This document shows, in pieces, positions 41,550 through 51,259 of a stretch of DNA of 64,000 nt. The notes beneath the pieces were generated by a model. It saw nothing but the letters and a program-made list of their open reading frames with translations. It was not told the origin of the DNA and made no database searches. The stretch's first letter is position 1. Every line of letters begins with the position of its first letter. A program made the translations under genes and the position numbers. The stretch comes from an uncultured Verrucomicrobiae bacterium (lineage in GTDB: Bacteria; Verrucomicrobiota; Verrucomicrobiia; Opitutales; JABDGR01). The stretch spans positions 1,152,001-1,216,000 of the forward strand of contig CAVXVB010000009.1 of NCBI GenBank assembly GCA_963765205.1, in the 5' to 3' direction.

Positions 41550-42581
41550 TTAAGCCTGCAGCGCCATCATCTGGCAACTCAGGCCGCTGCCGATGCCCAG
41601 CAGGGCGATTTTGGCGCCGGGGCGCAGGCGGCCTTCCTCGGCGGCGCGCGCGAGGGTGATGGGCAGGGAGACGGAGCCGACGTTGCCGAGCCAGGCAAAC
41701 GTAGAAAAATCCTTGGCGTCGTCGAGACCGAGGCGGTCGAACAACCGCCGCTGGTGCTGTTTGCCGACTTGGTGGCAGATGACGATGTCCGGCGTTTTCT
41801 CATCCCAGCCGGTTTCCGCCTTGAAACGCACCCAGCAGCGCGCGGCGACTTCCACGCCCGCTTCGAGCAACGCTTCGCTGTCGGTCTGCATGTCGAGGCC
41901 GCCGCCGGCGGTGTCGCCCTCGCAGAGATTGCTGGCCGAAGTGTCGGTTTCCACGACGCTGGCGAGGAGGCGCAGCGCGTTCGGCGGCGCGACATTTTTA
42001 TGCACCACCAGCGCGGCAACCGCACCCGCGCCAATGGTGAGGTTGGCGAAGTAGGGCTTGATCTGCTGGCGGTCGAGCGTGCCGTCGTTGAGGCGCGCGA
42101 GCGTGCGCTCGACGAGGGGCCGACCGTTTTCCCCGGCCACGAGCAGCGCGCGGCGCACCTGGCCGCCGTCAATCATCGAGGCGGCGACGGCGAGGCCGTT
42201 CACAAAACCGAGACACGCGTTCGACAAATCGAAAATCTGCGTGTGCGGCCCGAGGCCGAGCAACTGGTGCGCGTAGGCCGCCGTCGCCGGCTCGAGCCGG
42301 TCGCGGCAGACGGCGCAATGCGCGAGCAAATCAATTTCACGCGGGTCAATTTTAGTCTGCTCGAGCAACTTTTTTCCGGCGGCGGCAGAAGCTTGTGACG
42401 GCGCAAAATTTGCGGGCCAGAATCGCCGTTCGCGGATGCCGGTCATCAATTCGAGGCGGCCTTCCGGCAGGCGCAGGCGCTGGTAGAGCGGCGCGAGCTT
42501 CGCTTCGAGCGCGGCGGATGTCCACGTCTCCGGCGGCAGCGCGTAGGCGAGTGCCGCGAGGGCGGCAGAAGAAAATTTCAT
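41550..42581 (-). CDS. oleA: OleA-like 3-oxoacyl-ACP synthase III family thiolase
   Basis: GRLELMTGIRERR, DRLEPATA (Glu), SNACLGF (Cys), ICHQVG (His), GNVGS, GIGSGL. Confidence 0.8.
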   Translation of the reverse strand: MKFSSAALAALAYALPPETWTSAALEAKLAPLYQRLRLPEGRLELMTGIRERRFWPANFAPSQASAAAGKKLLEQTKIDPREIDLLAHCAVCRDRLEPATAAYAHQLLGLGPHTQIFDLSNACLGFVNGLAVAASMIDGGQVRRALLVAGENGRPLVERTLARLNDGTLDRQQIKPYFANLTIGAGAVAALVVHKNVAPPNALRLLASVVETDTSASNLCEGDTAGGGLDMQTDSEALLEAGVEVAARCWVRFKAETGWDEKTPDIVICHQVGKQHQRRLFDRLGLDDAKDFSTFAWLGNVGSVSLPITLARAAEEGRLRPGAKIALLGIGSGLSCQMMALQA

Positions 42582-43396
42582 GGCCGGGCCGCTCCGGGGG
42601 CGGCGGGCCGCGTGGCGGCGTGGACGACCTCGCGGTCGAAATAATTCCAATCAAGGCCGGCGTTGACGACGAGGCCTTGGCCGTTGATGCCGCTGGCGCG
42701 GGGGCTGAGCAAATACACCGCGGCGTCGGCGACTTCGCGCGTTTCGACCGCGCGCTTGCGGAAGGTGAGTTTCTCGGCAAACAAATAATGTTCGAGATAG
42801 CCAGGGATGCCGGCGGAGGCGCTGGTCTTTAGCGGCCCGGCGTTGACCGTGTTGAAGCGCACCTCGGAATCGGCGCTGAAGGATTTCGCGAGCAGGCGCA
42901 CGGAAGAGTCGAGCGCGGCCTTGATCGGCGCCATGTAGCCATAATTCTCGACCGCGACTTGCGAGGAGATGCCGATGGCGACCACCGAGGCGTCGCGGCG
43001 AAAATGCGGCTTGAAGGCGCGCGCCAATTCGACGAGTGAAAAGCACGAAATCGCGCAGGCTTGCAGAAAATCCGCGCGGGGCGATTCGTGGAAGGGTTTC
43101 ACGCCCTGGGCGAAATTCGCCCACGCGATAGAGTGGAGCAAGCCGTCGAATGGCCCGTGTGGGGCGGCGGCGGCGGCCAGCGCGGGGATTTGCGCCTCGT
43201 CCTCGACATCGCAGACTAGCACTGTTTTCCCGATGAGATGCTTGGCGAGCGAATCCTTACGGCCCGCCGAGCGCACGCTGTAAACGACCCGCGCGCCCTC
43301 GGCTTCGAGCGTCTGCGCGACGTGCCAGGCGACGCTTTTCTTGTTGGCCACGCCGGTGACCAAGTAAGTGCGCCCTGCGATGCCAAGAAATGACAT
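42578..43396 (-). CDS. fabI: Enoyl-ACP reductase (FabI-like SDR)
   Basis: GVANKKSVAW, HSIAWA, YGYMAPIKAAL, AGPLKT. Confidence 0.85.
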   Translation of the reverse strand: MSFLGIAGRTYLVTGVANKKSVAWHVAQTLEAEGARVVYSVRSAGRKDSLAKHLIGKTVLVCDVEDEAQIPALAAAAAPHGPFDGLLHSIAWANFAQGVKPFHESPRADFLQACAISCFSLVELARAFKPHFRRDASVVAIGISSQVAVENYGYMAPIKAALDSSVRLLAKSFSADSEVRFNTVNAGPLKTSASAGIPGYLEHYLFAEKLTFRKRAVETREVADAAVYLLSPRASGINGQGLVVNAGLDWNYFDREVVHAATRPAAPGAARP

Positions 43397-43427
43397 GGGA
43401 TGGAGGGGAGTTAGGGGAAGAATGGTT

Positions 43428-43871
43428 TTACTCGGTTTCGCCTGCGGGCAGCAAGGCCAGGGCGAATTCGAGGGCGAGCACGGGTTTGCCGTCCTTGCGC
43501 AAGACGCCGCGCAGAAAATGGAATTTTTGCACGGTCTCTTTTTCGGTCACTTCGATTTCGATGGTATCGCCCGGCTTGACCATGCGCTTGAATTTCGCCT
43601 CGCCAATGCGCGAGAGCACGGGCGTCAGCCCCGCGGCGCTGTGGCCCTGCGCGACGAGCTTGCGCACCAGAAAAACCGCCGCAGTCTGGAACGCCGCCTC
43701 GCATAAAATCACGCCGGGCGTGATGGGGTTGCCGGGATAATGGCCGGCGTAAAAAAAGTCGTCCGCGCGAAAAGTGCGCCGGGCAATGAGGCCGTCGGCG
43801 CGCTCCTGCACGATTTCGTCCACGAACAAAAACGGCGGGCGGTGCGGGATTGCGCGGGTGATGTCGTTCAT
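43428..43871 (-). CDS. fabZ: 3-hydroxyacyl-ACP dehydratase FabZ family
   Basis: IPHRPPFLFVD, GHYPGNPITPGVILCE, FKRMVKPGD. Confidence 0.9.
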   Translation of the reverse strand: MNDITRAIPHRPPFLFVDEIVQERADGLIARRTFRADDFFYAGHYPGNPITPGVILCEAAFQTAAVFLVRKLVAQGHSAAGLTPVLSRIGEAKFKRMVKPGDTIEIEVTEKETVQKFHFLRGVLRKDGKPVLALEFALALLPAGETE

Positions 43872-44039
43872 ATAAAGAGCAGGAAGAAACGCCGCGGCCA
43901 AGCGCAGCGATGAAACTCCCACGATAACACGCCCCGAGTCCCCGCCAACTCCAAAAAAGCAACGCCATCTAGATTCAATCGCCAATGCCTTGGAGTGCGA
44001 CGCCGAAATGAGGCTACCGGCTCATTTCCGATGTATTGC

Positions 44040-45104
44040 CTACTGACAATCGCCGACCTTCGTCAGCGGCGTCGTTGGCAGCACAATGGGCGCGGGGGGT
44101 CCAATCGGTAAATCATGAGAGGCGGCCATGGCAGAACTAATTTGTGGCGTGATTTGAAAGTCCATCAATGCTTCTACTGGATAATACGAAGGTGCAATTC
44201 CTCCCGGCACAGTCGGAGGAGGCTGTGCGGGCAGACCTGTCGTTGTCGCAGTATTAACGGCGTCAACCAACTCATCCACCATCTCCTGGGATATTTGCCG
44301 GGGCAGCTTTGCGCCGATAAATGTGCCTCCGCGAATAAGACCTGTCGCAGGATCGGTTGACATATTCAGGGTGATTTGGCTACCTCCGCTTGTCAAAAGT
44401 TCAACCGACGAGGATATTGCAGACCGGGGATTCTCGGGCGCCAATTTAGCGTCAGCCGAAAATTCTAAACCTCCAAGAAAACAACTCTCCACCAATTCGG
44501 TAAGTTGTCCGGCTGGATTGCGTGCCAGGGAAATGGTGAAAACCGTTCCAAGCACGGCAAATGAGCCAACTGGGGTGTAGATGTTGAACTTCGAACCTTC
44601 ACCCCGGTTGATTTTCTTGACCTCGCACATGACGCTACCACTGCGTAGGTTAATTAAGGTCGTGGATTTGCTGGGGTCTTTATTAAGGCGCAGGAAGGTG
44701 CCATCCATTTGTGCATCAAATTTCTCTTGTTTGAATTGAGTAACCTGCATCTCTGAGTTTTCGTAGATTTCCATGACCACGCCGTTGGAAAACACGATCA
44801 GGACATTGCTGCCAGGCAGCGTCCTGACGGTGTTGCCCTCCGTGAAGATTTGTCCGCGTTTGAGGGTCTGACACGAGCCATCGCTAGCAACCAACTCGAC
44901 ATCGTCAACCACAGTCAAGGCCATGATCTGGCCCGATGGCCTGTCCACGTTAGGGGGAATGATTGTTTCAGTCTTGGCAGGCTCAATCGCCGCAATTGGC
45001 TGGTCGAATTTGAACGCCGCGGGACGCGGCGAGAATGCGCAGCCGGAAAACAGCAAGCCAGCAGCAAAATACGGCAGCGCTGGCAGGGTGCGGGGTAGCT
45101 TCAT
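44040..45104 (-). CDS. FecR-domain lipoprotein (AT-richer than flanks)
   Basis: FSGC lipobox; VRT...LIVFSNG...ENSEMQV; IYTPVGSFAVLGT. Confidence 0.65.
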   Translation of the reverse strand: MKLPRTLPALPYFAAGLLFSGCAFSPRPAAFKFDQPIAAIEPAKTETIIPPNVDRPSGQIMALTVVDDVELVASDGSCQTLKRGQIFTEGNTVRTLPGSNVLIVFSNGVVMEIYENSEMQVTQFKQEKFDAQMDGTFLRLNKDPSKSTTLINLRSGSVMCEVKKINRGEGSKFNIYTPVGSFAVLGTVFTISLARNPAGQLTELVESCFLGGLEFSADAKLAPENPRSAISSSVELLTSGGSQITLNMSTDPATGLIRGGTFIGAKLPRQISQEMVDELVDAVNTATTTGLPAQPPPTVPGGIAPSYYPVEALMDFQITPQISSAMAASHDLPIGPPAPIVLPTTPLTKVGDCQ

Positions 45105-45211
45105 CGTAAGACAATTTGACCAATGCCGCATAAAACACAACTACATATCCGTTCAGGGCACTATAGCCGTCCACGAAAGAAAAAAGATGCCAATGTGCCC
45201 TTCGGATTGGA

Positions 45212-45463
45212 TTACAACCATTTTTCGTATTCCCGGTGTGCTCCCACCCAAAACCAGCGAAAGGTTTCGCCTTCCAGAGTGGCCAGCGCGCGGTAGTCCC
45301 TCCCGATGCGCACCGACCAATAAGCGCCAACCTTTTTAAATTGGAGCGATGGATGGCGGGGATTGGCCTGCCAAAGCGCGAAATTCTTGAACGCGAGTTC
45401 TTGAATTTCGACCGGCAACGCGGCCAGAGCCTCACGAAACGCGGCGCTGACGGAGGAATTCAT
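45212..45463 (-). CDS. RelE/ParE-like toxin
   Basis: LPVEIQELAFKNFALWQANPRHPSLQFKKVG..WSVRIGRDYRALA...WFWVGAHREY. Confidence 0.8.
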   Translation of the reverse strand: MNSSVSAAFREALAALPVEIQELAFKNFALWQANPRHPSLQFKKVGAYWSVRIGRDYRALATLEGETFRWFWVGAHREYEKWL

Positions 45464-45662
45464 CGAGGGGCTGATCCAGTTGGCCGGCGCTTTGGTCCTG
45501 GGCACGCTGATAAAGGGCATCCAACCGGCCCGACTTCGCGTCCGCCGCGAGTTGCCGGTCAAAGTCGGTTTCCCGCTGGTGGTCGAACCAGACGGCCAGC
45601 GACTCGAAATCGTATTTCGGCAGTTTCAAGATCGCGGCTTCGATTTCCTGCACGGTGCTCAT
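45432..45662 (-). CDS. Putative antitoxin
   Basis: MSTVQEIEAAILKLP...DRQLAADAKSGRLDAL; overlaps the toxin start. Confidence 0.75.
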   Translation of the reverse strand: MSTVQEIEAAILKLPKYDFESLAVWFDHQRETDFDRQLAADAKSGRLDALYQRAQDQSAGQLDQPLDEFLRQRRVS

Positions 45663-45706
45663 GGCGGCATGATGGCCCAAGGCGGCTTAAATTTCAAGCT
45701 GCATTC

Positions 45707-47173
45707 TTATAACGCCGCCAGCGCGGGAACGGCCTTGCGCCTTGCTTCCAACAAAAACGAGTCCATCTTGCTGGCGGTGATGACGCCGTAGTTGATGGTG
45801 CCGAGCCAGCCGGACATGATGATGCCGACGGAACCGGCGTGATATAATCCCGGCACCTGCTCCGGCAAATCCATCGAGACTTTGAGGCCCTCGAATTTCG
45901 TGCCGAAGGACGTGCCGCCCCAGTGGCGCACATAGCGCTGCACGGTGCGCGGCGTGGCGGCTTCGAGCCAGTCAATTTTTTCGCGCACGCCGGGGATGAA
46001 GCGTTCGAGGCCGGCGAGGGATTCGTCAATCAGGCGCTGCTTGTGTTTCGCGTAATCGGCTTCGCCCAGGCCGGCCCAGTCCTGCCAGCGCGCGTTGATC
46101 GAGGCGACGACCGCGTAGCGCGGCTCCGGGATCTGCGGGCGCGTGTCGGGGTAATACACCGAATAGGTGCGGCTGGTGGTGTGGAAATCGGTCAGCTCGT
46201 CGCTGGTGAAGCGCGGGGCGTCGGAGGTGAAGACGAGGTCGCCGATGTGCGGGATGCTTTCGCCGGCGCGGATGCCCATATACACCTGGCAGGAACTCGA
46301 ATTGATGCGCACGGCATCGGCCTCGGCGGCGTAGGCGGGCGGCAAATTCTCGCGGCCCAGCAAATCGAATAGCGTGTTCTTGATATTCGAGTTCGAGAGC
46401 ACGGCGCGGCAGCGGATTTCGCGGCCGTTGACGAGGACGCCGCGCACGCGCAGGCGGCCGTCGGGGCCGGGTTCGGTGAGCACACGCTCGACGAGGCAGC
46501 GGTGGCGCAGGTCCGCGCCGTTTTTGCGCAGTTCGGCGGCCATGAGGCCGATGAGCAGGTCGGTACCGCCACGAAAAATATACACGCCCTTGCTCATGAA
46601 ATTGGAAAAGACGATGCCGTAGGTGATGGCGGGGTCGTCGAGCGTCGAGCCGTTGGCGTAGGCGATGGGTTCGAGCAGCAGGCGGTGCACGTCGTCGCGG
46701 CCGGAGAAAAATTCCTCGAACAGCTCGCGCGTGGTGCGCGGGTCGCGGTCGTAATAATTCATCCGCCGCAGGTGCTCGAAAAACGCGGCGACGCGCCCGG
46801 CGGGGACGCGAAATTGCTCGGTGAGCAGGCGGGTGAAGTCCGCGCGGTCGAAGGTGGTCTGGAGGTTGAACTGCGGGTTGACGAAGCGGATGTCGGCGAG
46901 TTGCCCGATGCGGTCGGAGATTTCCTTCGTCCAGTATTTGCGGCAGGACTTGATCATGCCGATGGGGAAGCCGTGGAGGGAGATGTCGAAGATGTGGCCG
47001 TGTTTGCGCGTGAACCAGGTGGCGAGGCCGCCGAACTGGTAGTGGTGCTCGAGCACGAGCACGGAATGGCCGAGCTTGGCCAGGTAATTGCCGCCGGTCA
47101 GCCCGCCGAGGCCGCTGCCGATGACGATCACGTCGTAGGCGTCGCGCGCGCCTTTAAGGAAATCCTTGGCCAT
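45707..47173 (-). CDS. Phytoene desaturase (CrtI)-family FAD oxidoreductase
   Basis: [34 protein letters not shown]. Confidence 0.85.
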   Translation of the reverse strand: MAKDFLKGARDAYDVIVIGSGLGGLTGGNYLAKLGHSVLVLEHHYQFGGLATWFTRKHGHIFDISLHGFPIGMIKSCRKYWTKEISDRIGQLADIRFVNPQFNLQTTFDRADFTRLLTEQFRVPAGRVAAFFEHLRRMNYYDRDPRTTRELFEEFFSGRDDVHRLLLEPIAYANGSTLDDPAITYGIVFSNFMSKGVYIFRGGTDLLIGLMAAELRKNGADLRHRCLVERVLTEPGPDGRLRVRGVLVNGREIRCRAVLSNSNIKNTLFDLLGRENLPPAYAAEADAVRINSSSCQVYMGIRAGESIPHIGDLVFTSDAPRFTSDELTDFHTTSRTYSVYYPDTRPQIPEPRYAVVASINARWQDWAGLGEADYAKHKQRLIDESLAGLERFIPGVREKIDWLEAATPRTVQRYVRHWGGTSFGTKFEGLKVSMDLPEQVPGLYHAGSVGIIMSGWLGTINYGVITASKMDSFLLEARRKAVPALAAL

Positions 47174-47354
47174 GGCCGGGGAGGGTCGTCGGGTGAAGTG
47201 GAGGCGCGGGCGCCAAAGCCGGCCCCCGCGCGAATTTAACCCTCTACCCGGCCGCTGCGTGGCTGGCAAGGGCGGAGTGTAGAAGCACCGAAGGAAGCGG
47301 GCAATTCCCACCACCAAGCCAAGCCGCGGCTAGAATCAAACAGTCCGGGTGGAG

Positions 47355-48056
47355 TCAAAGCACCCTCTCCCATGTAAACCGGAGCGGATTGACGGGGTTG
47401 GGAAACCCGGCGGCCTGTTTTTGCTCGTAGAGCGCGCTGTTGCGGGTTTTGTCGCGCAAGCGGCCATGCGTGTGCGCATCCGGGATGAAATTGGGCGACA
47501 CCACGCGGATGATGACATCGTTGCGCGGGATTTTGCGCGCGACCCGCCGCAAGCGGTTGTAATAATCCGTTTCCTCCCGGCCATAATGCCCGGCATAGTC
47601 TTCATCGTAGCCGCCGATTTCGAGATATTTGCTTTTATGAAACAGCAGGTTGACAATGCCAGGACGCGCTTCAGCCTGGCTGCCCAGCCAGATGCGTTTG
47701 GGCAGGTAGAAGGCCTCGCGCTGCAAGGGCGCGCCGGCGAACAGTTGGTGGGCGTCCTCCGGGCAGAGCAAGGTGTCAATATCGGAGACGTAAATCCAGC
47801 CGCGGGCGTGGTGGCAGCCGAGATTGCGCGCGCCGGCGAAATTCCAGGGAATGTCCTCCTGGATGCGGAAGACCTGGATGGGCACGCGGCATTTGGTCTG
47901 GCGGACAATGTCCGCGGCGCGGGTGTGGGGACTACCGTCATCAATGAGCAAAATGTGCGGCAGAGTTTTCATCGCGGCGGGGTAGGCATTCCAACAATCC
48001 AACTGCAAGCGCAGCATTTGCGGATTGTCGTAGTAGAGAAAGACAAGATTGATCAT
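47355..48056 (-). CDS. GT-A glycosyltransferase (GT2/GT7-like)
   Basis: LIDDGS, WNFAGARNLG, SDID, GGYDEDYAGHYGREETD. Confidence 0.85.
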   Translation of the reverse strand: MINLVFLYYDNPQMLRLQLDCWNAYPAAMKTLPHILLIDDGSPHTRAADIVRQTKCRVPIQVFRIQEDIPWNFAGARNLGCHHARGWIYVSDIDTLLCPEDAHQLFAGAPLQREAFYLPKRIWLGSQAEARPGIVNLLFHKSKYLEIGGYDEDYAGHYGREETDYYNRLRRVARKIPRNDVIIRVVSPNFIPDAHTHGRLRDKTRNSALYEQKQAAGFPNPVNPLRFTWERVL

Positions 48057-48084
48057 GACAGTCCCGGGGAGGAAGGCAGCGGGC

Positions 48085-48759
48085 TTACCGGGGCCGGGAG
48101 CGCGGGCCGAGGTGGCCCCGGCGGAAGAAGTGGGGATTATTCGACACCGTGCCTGGTAGAAAAGCATACGAGAGGCCCAATTGACGGGCGACGTAATTAA
48201 AACTGAGCTGGTCGCGGCGCGAGTGGGCCTTGATTTCCGCATACCAAGCTTCGTTGAAACGGCGGATGGCCGGGGTATGCCGCCGCAGCAGGATGGTGCA
48301 CTCCACCAAGCCATTCCTTGGGGGATAACCCGCCTCAAAATACTTCTGCATTTGCCGGTCAATTATTTCGCGCCGGTCCAGCCGCTTGTGCAGGCAATAC
48401 CTGGCTTCCTCGTAGATGCAGGCGCGGTTGGGATGCTTGAAAACCGCCAGGTCGTGCTCGCGGAGGTAGGCGGCGGCCCATTGTTCGAGCGGGAGGGTGG
48501 ACGTGATCACGATGGAGCCGTCAATCCACAGGCTGTATTCGGCCTTCGGAAAATACTCGTGCGGCAGCAATTTGTGGATTTTGGCGTTGCGGCAGGGATC
48601 GCGAAAGCGGTGGTAAAGCGGACGGATGGCCCAGCCCGGCGCGGGCCGCGCGCCGTCCGCAAACGCGACAAAATCCGCCGCCCCCTGCCAGAGGGGCGGC
48701 GGGCTCTGCAAGGCGTCGTAGCCCCGGGTAATGGCGGTATACACCACAAAGTTGCTCAT
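48085..48759 (-). CDS. DUF616 (TOD1/MUCI70-like) glycosyltransferase domain protein
   Basis: VVYTAITRGYD, KLLPHEYF, SLWIDG, HPNRACIYEE, RRDQLSF. Confidence 0.85.
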   Translation of the reverse strand: MSNFVVYTAITRGYDALQSPPPLWQGAADFVAFADGARPAPGWAIRPLYHRFRDPCRNAKIHKLLPHEYFPKAEYSLWIDGSIVITSTLPLEQWAAAYLREHDLAVFKHPNRACIYEEARYCLHKRLDRREIIDRQMQKYFEAGYPPRNGLVECTILLRRHTPAIRRFNEAWYAEIKAHSRRDQLSFNYVARQLGLSYAFLPGTVSNNPHFFRRGHLGPRSRPR

Positions 48760-48775
48760 GGGCGGGAGGCGGGAA

Positions 48776-49654
48776 TCACAACGAGTTGAATAATATTCTA
48801 TATTTTTCAGCAATGCCATCAATGTGGAACCGGCGCGCCCGCCGGAGGCAGCACCGGCGGAGTTCGCGATACAGGTCGTCGTCCTGCTGGAGGGCGCGCA
48901 CCCAGCGGGGACAATCGCGAAGAGTGGAAAAGATTGTGCAGTTCGCGCCCATTTCGTGGTAGGCCGGCTCGTCGCTGGAAATAGAGGGGATGCCGAAGCC
49001 GATGCAATTAATGAGCTTGATGCCGGAGTTGATGGCAATATGGAAGTCAAACTGGTCGCGCACCCGGCGCCAGCGCAATTTCCCCGCCGGCCGGGGCGCC
49101 TGGGCGCGGAGCAGCTTGCGCCCGCGCAGATTCAGCCCGATGCCGGTTTGGCGGAAAATCTTGACAACATCCTCGCGGGTGAGGCCGCCGATAAAATGGG
49201 TGTCGTGGGCAAACCCGCGCAGACTCGGGAGCCAGTGGCGCGAACCCAGCCAGACGGGCCGCCGGAGGTCCGGGGGATTGGGCCGCCCTTCAAAGTTGCA
49301 ATGATGGTGCGGAATGACTTCAACGCGGCCATAGTCATCAAACAATTCCTGCGTGAGGGAATTGCTGGCGACATACACGGCCACATCTTCCCGTGGTGGA
49401 AAGGCATCAATGATGTCCCAGACGACCTGGCCACGCCGGGCCAGTTGGCGCAGTTCCTTCGCGCGGAGGCGCGGCTTGACGCAGACGAACACGGTATACC
49501 GGTCGGGAATGGCCGCCGCAGTTCCCGCATCCAAGAGAAAATCGCAGCCGAGGCGTTGGGCCAGGTCCACACAACGAATTTGCACGCTGGCGAACCGGGC
49601 GGCGTCGCCACCGAGAAAAACCACTTTGGAGAAATCCATAGGCACCAGACTCAT
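48776..49654 (-). CDS. Hypothetical protein, probable glycosyltransferase
   Basis: WDIID, SGIKLINCIGFGIPSI (GT-B-like C-terminus); cluster context. Confidence 0.55.
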   Translation of the reverse strand: MSLVPMDFSKVVFLGGDAARFASVQIRCVDLAQRLGCDFLLDAGTAAAIPDRYTVFVCVKPRLRAKELRQLARRGQVVWDIIDAFPPREDVAVYVASNSLTQELFDDYGRVEVIPHHHCNFEGRPNPPDLRRPVWLGSRHWLPSLRGFAHDTHFIGGLTREDVVKIFRQTGIGLNLRGRKLLRAQAPRPAGKLRWRRVRDQFDFHIAINSGIKLINCIGFGIPSISSDEPAYHEMGANCTIFSTLRDCPRWVRALQQDDDLYRELRRCCLRRARRFHIDGIAEKYRILFNSL

Positions 49655-49901
49655 CTGCTACGAGCCAGGACCGCGGCGGTCAAGGCCGCAGTCATCGGGG
49701 CCACGCAAGATCGGACCGATTATTTTGCAGGCAAGCGACGGCCGTGGGGGTGCTGAATTCCAATAAGAACCGCCCTGCCCCATCCATTCAAAATCGGCCC
49801 GCTACAAACCCACTTCTAGGGGAAATACCTGGACTCAAAATAATGAGGCAGAGGCAAAGAAAATTGCGAAAATTATTTAAAAAATCGCGAAGAGGCCGGT
49901 T

Positions 49902-50183
49902 TTACGCATCCAATCGGCGCTGAATCATATTCATAAAACCGGGGGAAAGAACCCCTTTTAATTTTGTTTGGGAAAGTTTCCGCCAGTCCTTGGCCAGAAG
50001 TTTCCAATGGGGCTCCATATTAGCGCCGGAGTTGCGCGGCCCGGTGCTCGCAAGCGGCTTTTGCGGATTGACCGTGGTCGCAGCCGACTTGGTCAAATTC
50101 AAGGTCTGGGCCACCGGCAGGGCCGCGGCGGCCACACCCAGACCGAACAAAAATTTACGGCGCGATGCTTGGCTGTTTTTCAT
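49902..50183 (-). CDS. Small protein with twin-arginine signal peptide
   Basis: SRRKFL followed by a hydrophobic stretch. Confidence 0.55.
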   Translation of the reverse strand: MKNSQASRRKFLFGLGVAAAALPVAQTLNLTKSAATTVNPQKPLASTGPRNSGANMEPHWKLLAKDWRKLSQTKLKGVLSPGFMNMIQRRLDA

Positions 50184-50234
50184 GGGAATAAAAGAATAAG
50201 GGGGAGGAGGCGGACAGTGCGGCGGGAAGATAAT

Positions 50235-50849
50235 TTATTGGTAAAAAGTGAACGCTTTCTTGCTGGTGGTCTTCACTTGGTAAGTCCCATTCGTTTTGAA
50301 CAGGGACTGCGCGTTCTTGGCAAACTTGGGCGCGCGGTATTTGATGTTGTAGGTGTTGTTCTTCAGCGTGGCTTGGGCGATTTGAACTCCGGAGAAGGCG
50401 GCCCGCAGTAAACGGTCGCCAGGGGCGGCGCGGCTGCCAAAACGGGCGTTGGATGCCCCGCCGGCAAAGCTGCCATTTCTTGACGTTGCGCAAACCGGGC
50501 TGCCATCTTTCCAAAAGGTGACCACGCCACTTCCGGGGGTGATGGAGATTTCCAAATGCACCGGGGTGCCTGCTTGATAGGCCCACGAAGTGTGACCCTC
50601 CAAGGGCAGGGTCGAGGCAGCCACAATCTGAAACCCGCTCGCGGGGCTGTTCGTAATCAAAAAGGCGCAATTGTCACTGCCGGAGGACGAATGCAACTGC
50701 AGATACACCGCTTGGGAGTTTTGCACGGTTTGCACTGAACCGCTCAGAGCCATGGCGGAAACGTCATGGGCCTCCAGCCAGCGCTTGGGGGACTTCGGAA
50801 CACGCTTGGGGGAAACAGTCTTGGTAACGGATTGACGCCGGGTTTTCAT
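50235..50849 (-). CDS. Hypothetical protein: conserved basic leader plus beta-rich domain
   Basis: N-terminus MKTRRQSV...KRWLEAHDVSAMALSGS shared with the upstream ORF. Confidence 0.65.
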   Translation of the reverse strand: MKTRRQSVTKTVSPKRVPKSPKRWLEAHDVSAMALSGSVQTVQNSQAVYLQLHSSSGSDNCAFLITNSPASGFQIVAASTLPLEGHTSWAYQAGTPVHLEISITPGSGVVTFWKDGSPVCATSRNGSFAGGASNARFGSRAAPGDRLLRAAFSGVQIAQATLKNNTYNIKYRAPKFAKNAQSLFKTNGTYQVKTTSKKAFTFYQ

Positions 50850-50904
50850 AGGTAATGGGTGCTTGGGTGGGTCGAAAAGGATAATCGCGAGAGGGAAGCG
50901 CAAG

Positions 50905-51099
50905 TTAATTAGCCTGCACGTAGGCGCCGATGCCCATGATGTCTCCGGAGTTATCCGTCAGTTCAATGCTGCCCCCGTTGTTATCCGAGCCGTCGAGGGC
51001 CATCTCGGAAATGTCAATGGAATCCAGCCAGCGCTTGGTGAACTTCCGCACGCGCTTTTTGGAAAGGGATTTCGAAACTGGTTTACGCCGGGTTTTCAT
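50905..51099 (-). CDS. 64-aa peptide with the same basic leader (candidate precursor peptide)
   Basis: MKTRRKPV...KRWLDSIDISEMALDGS followed by a 26-aa tail. Confidence 0.6.
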   Translation of the reverse strand: MKTRRKPVSKSLSKKRVRKFTKRWLDSIDISEMALDGSDNNGGSIELTDNSGDIMGIGAYVQAN

Positions 51100-51259
51100 G
51101 GGTGATGATTGCAGGGGTGGGTTGAAATACTTATCGCCAAGTATGGCGATCGCTTAAGCAAAGTCAAGCGGACAAATGGTGAAAAAGTTTTGTAAGTAGA
51201 AATATTACGCTGCTAAGATGAGTCTGTTTTTGCCCGGTAAAATGCCGAATCTGGGGTCT

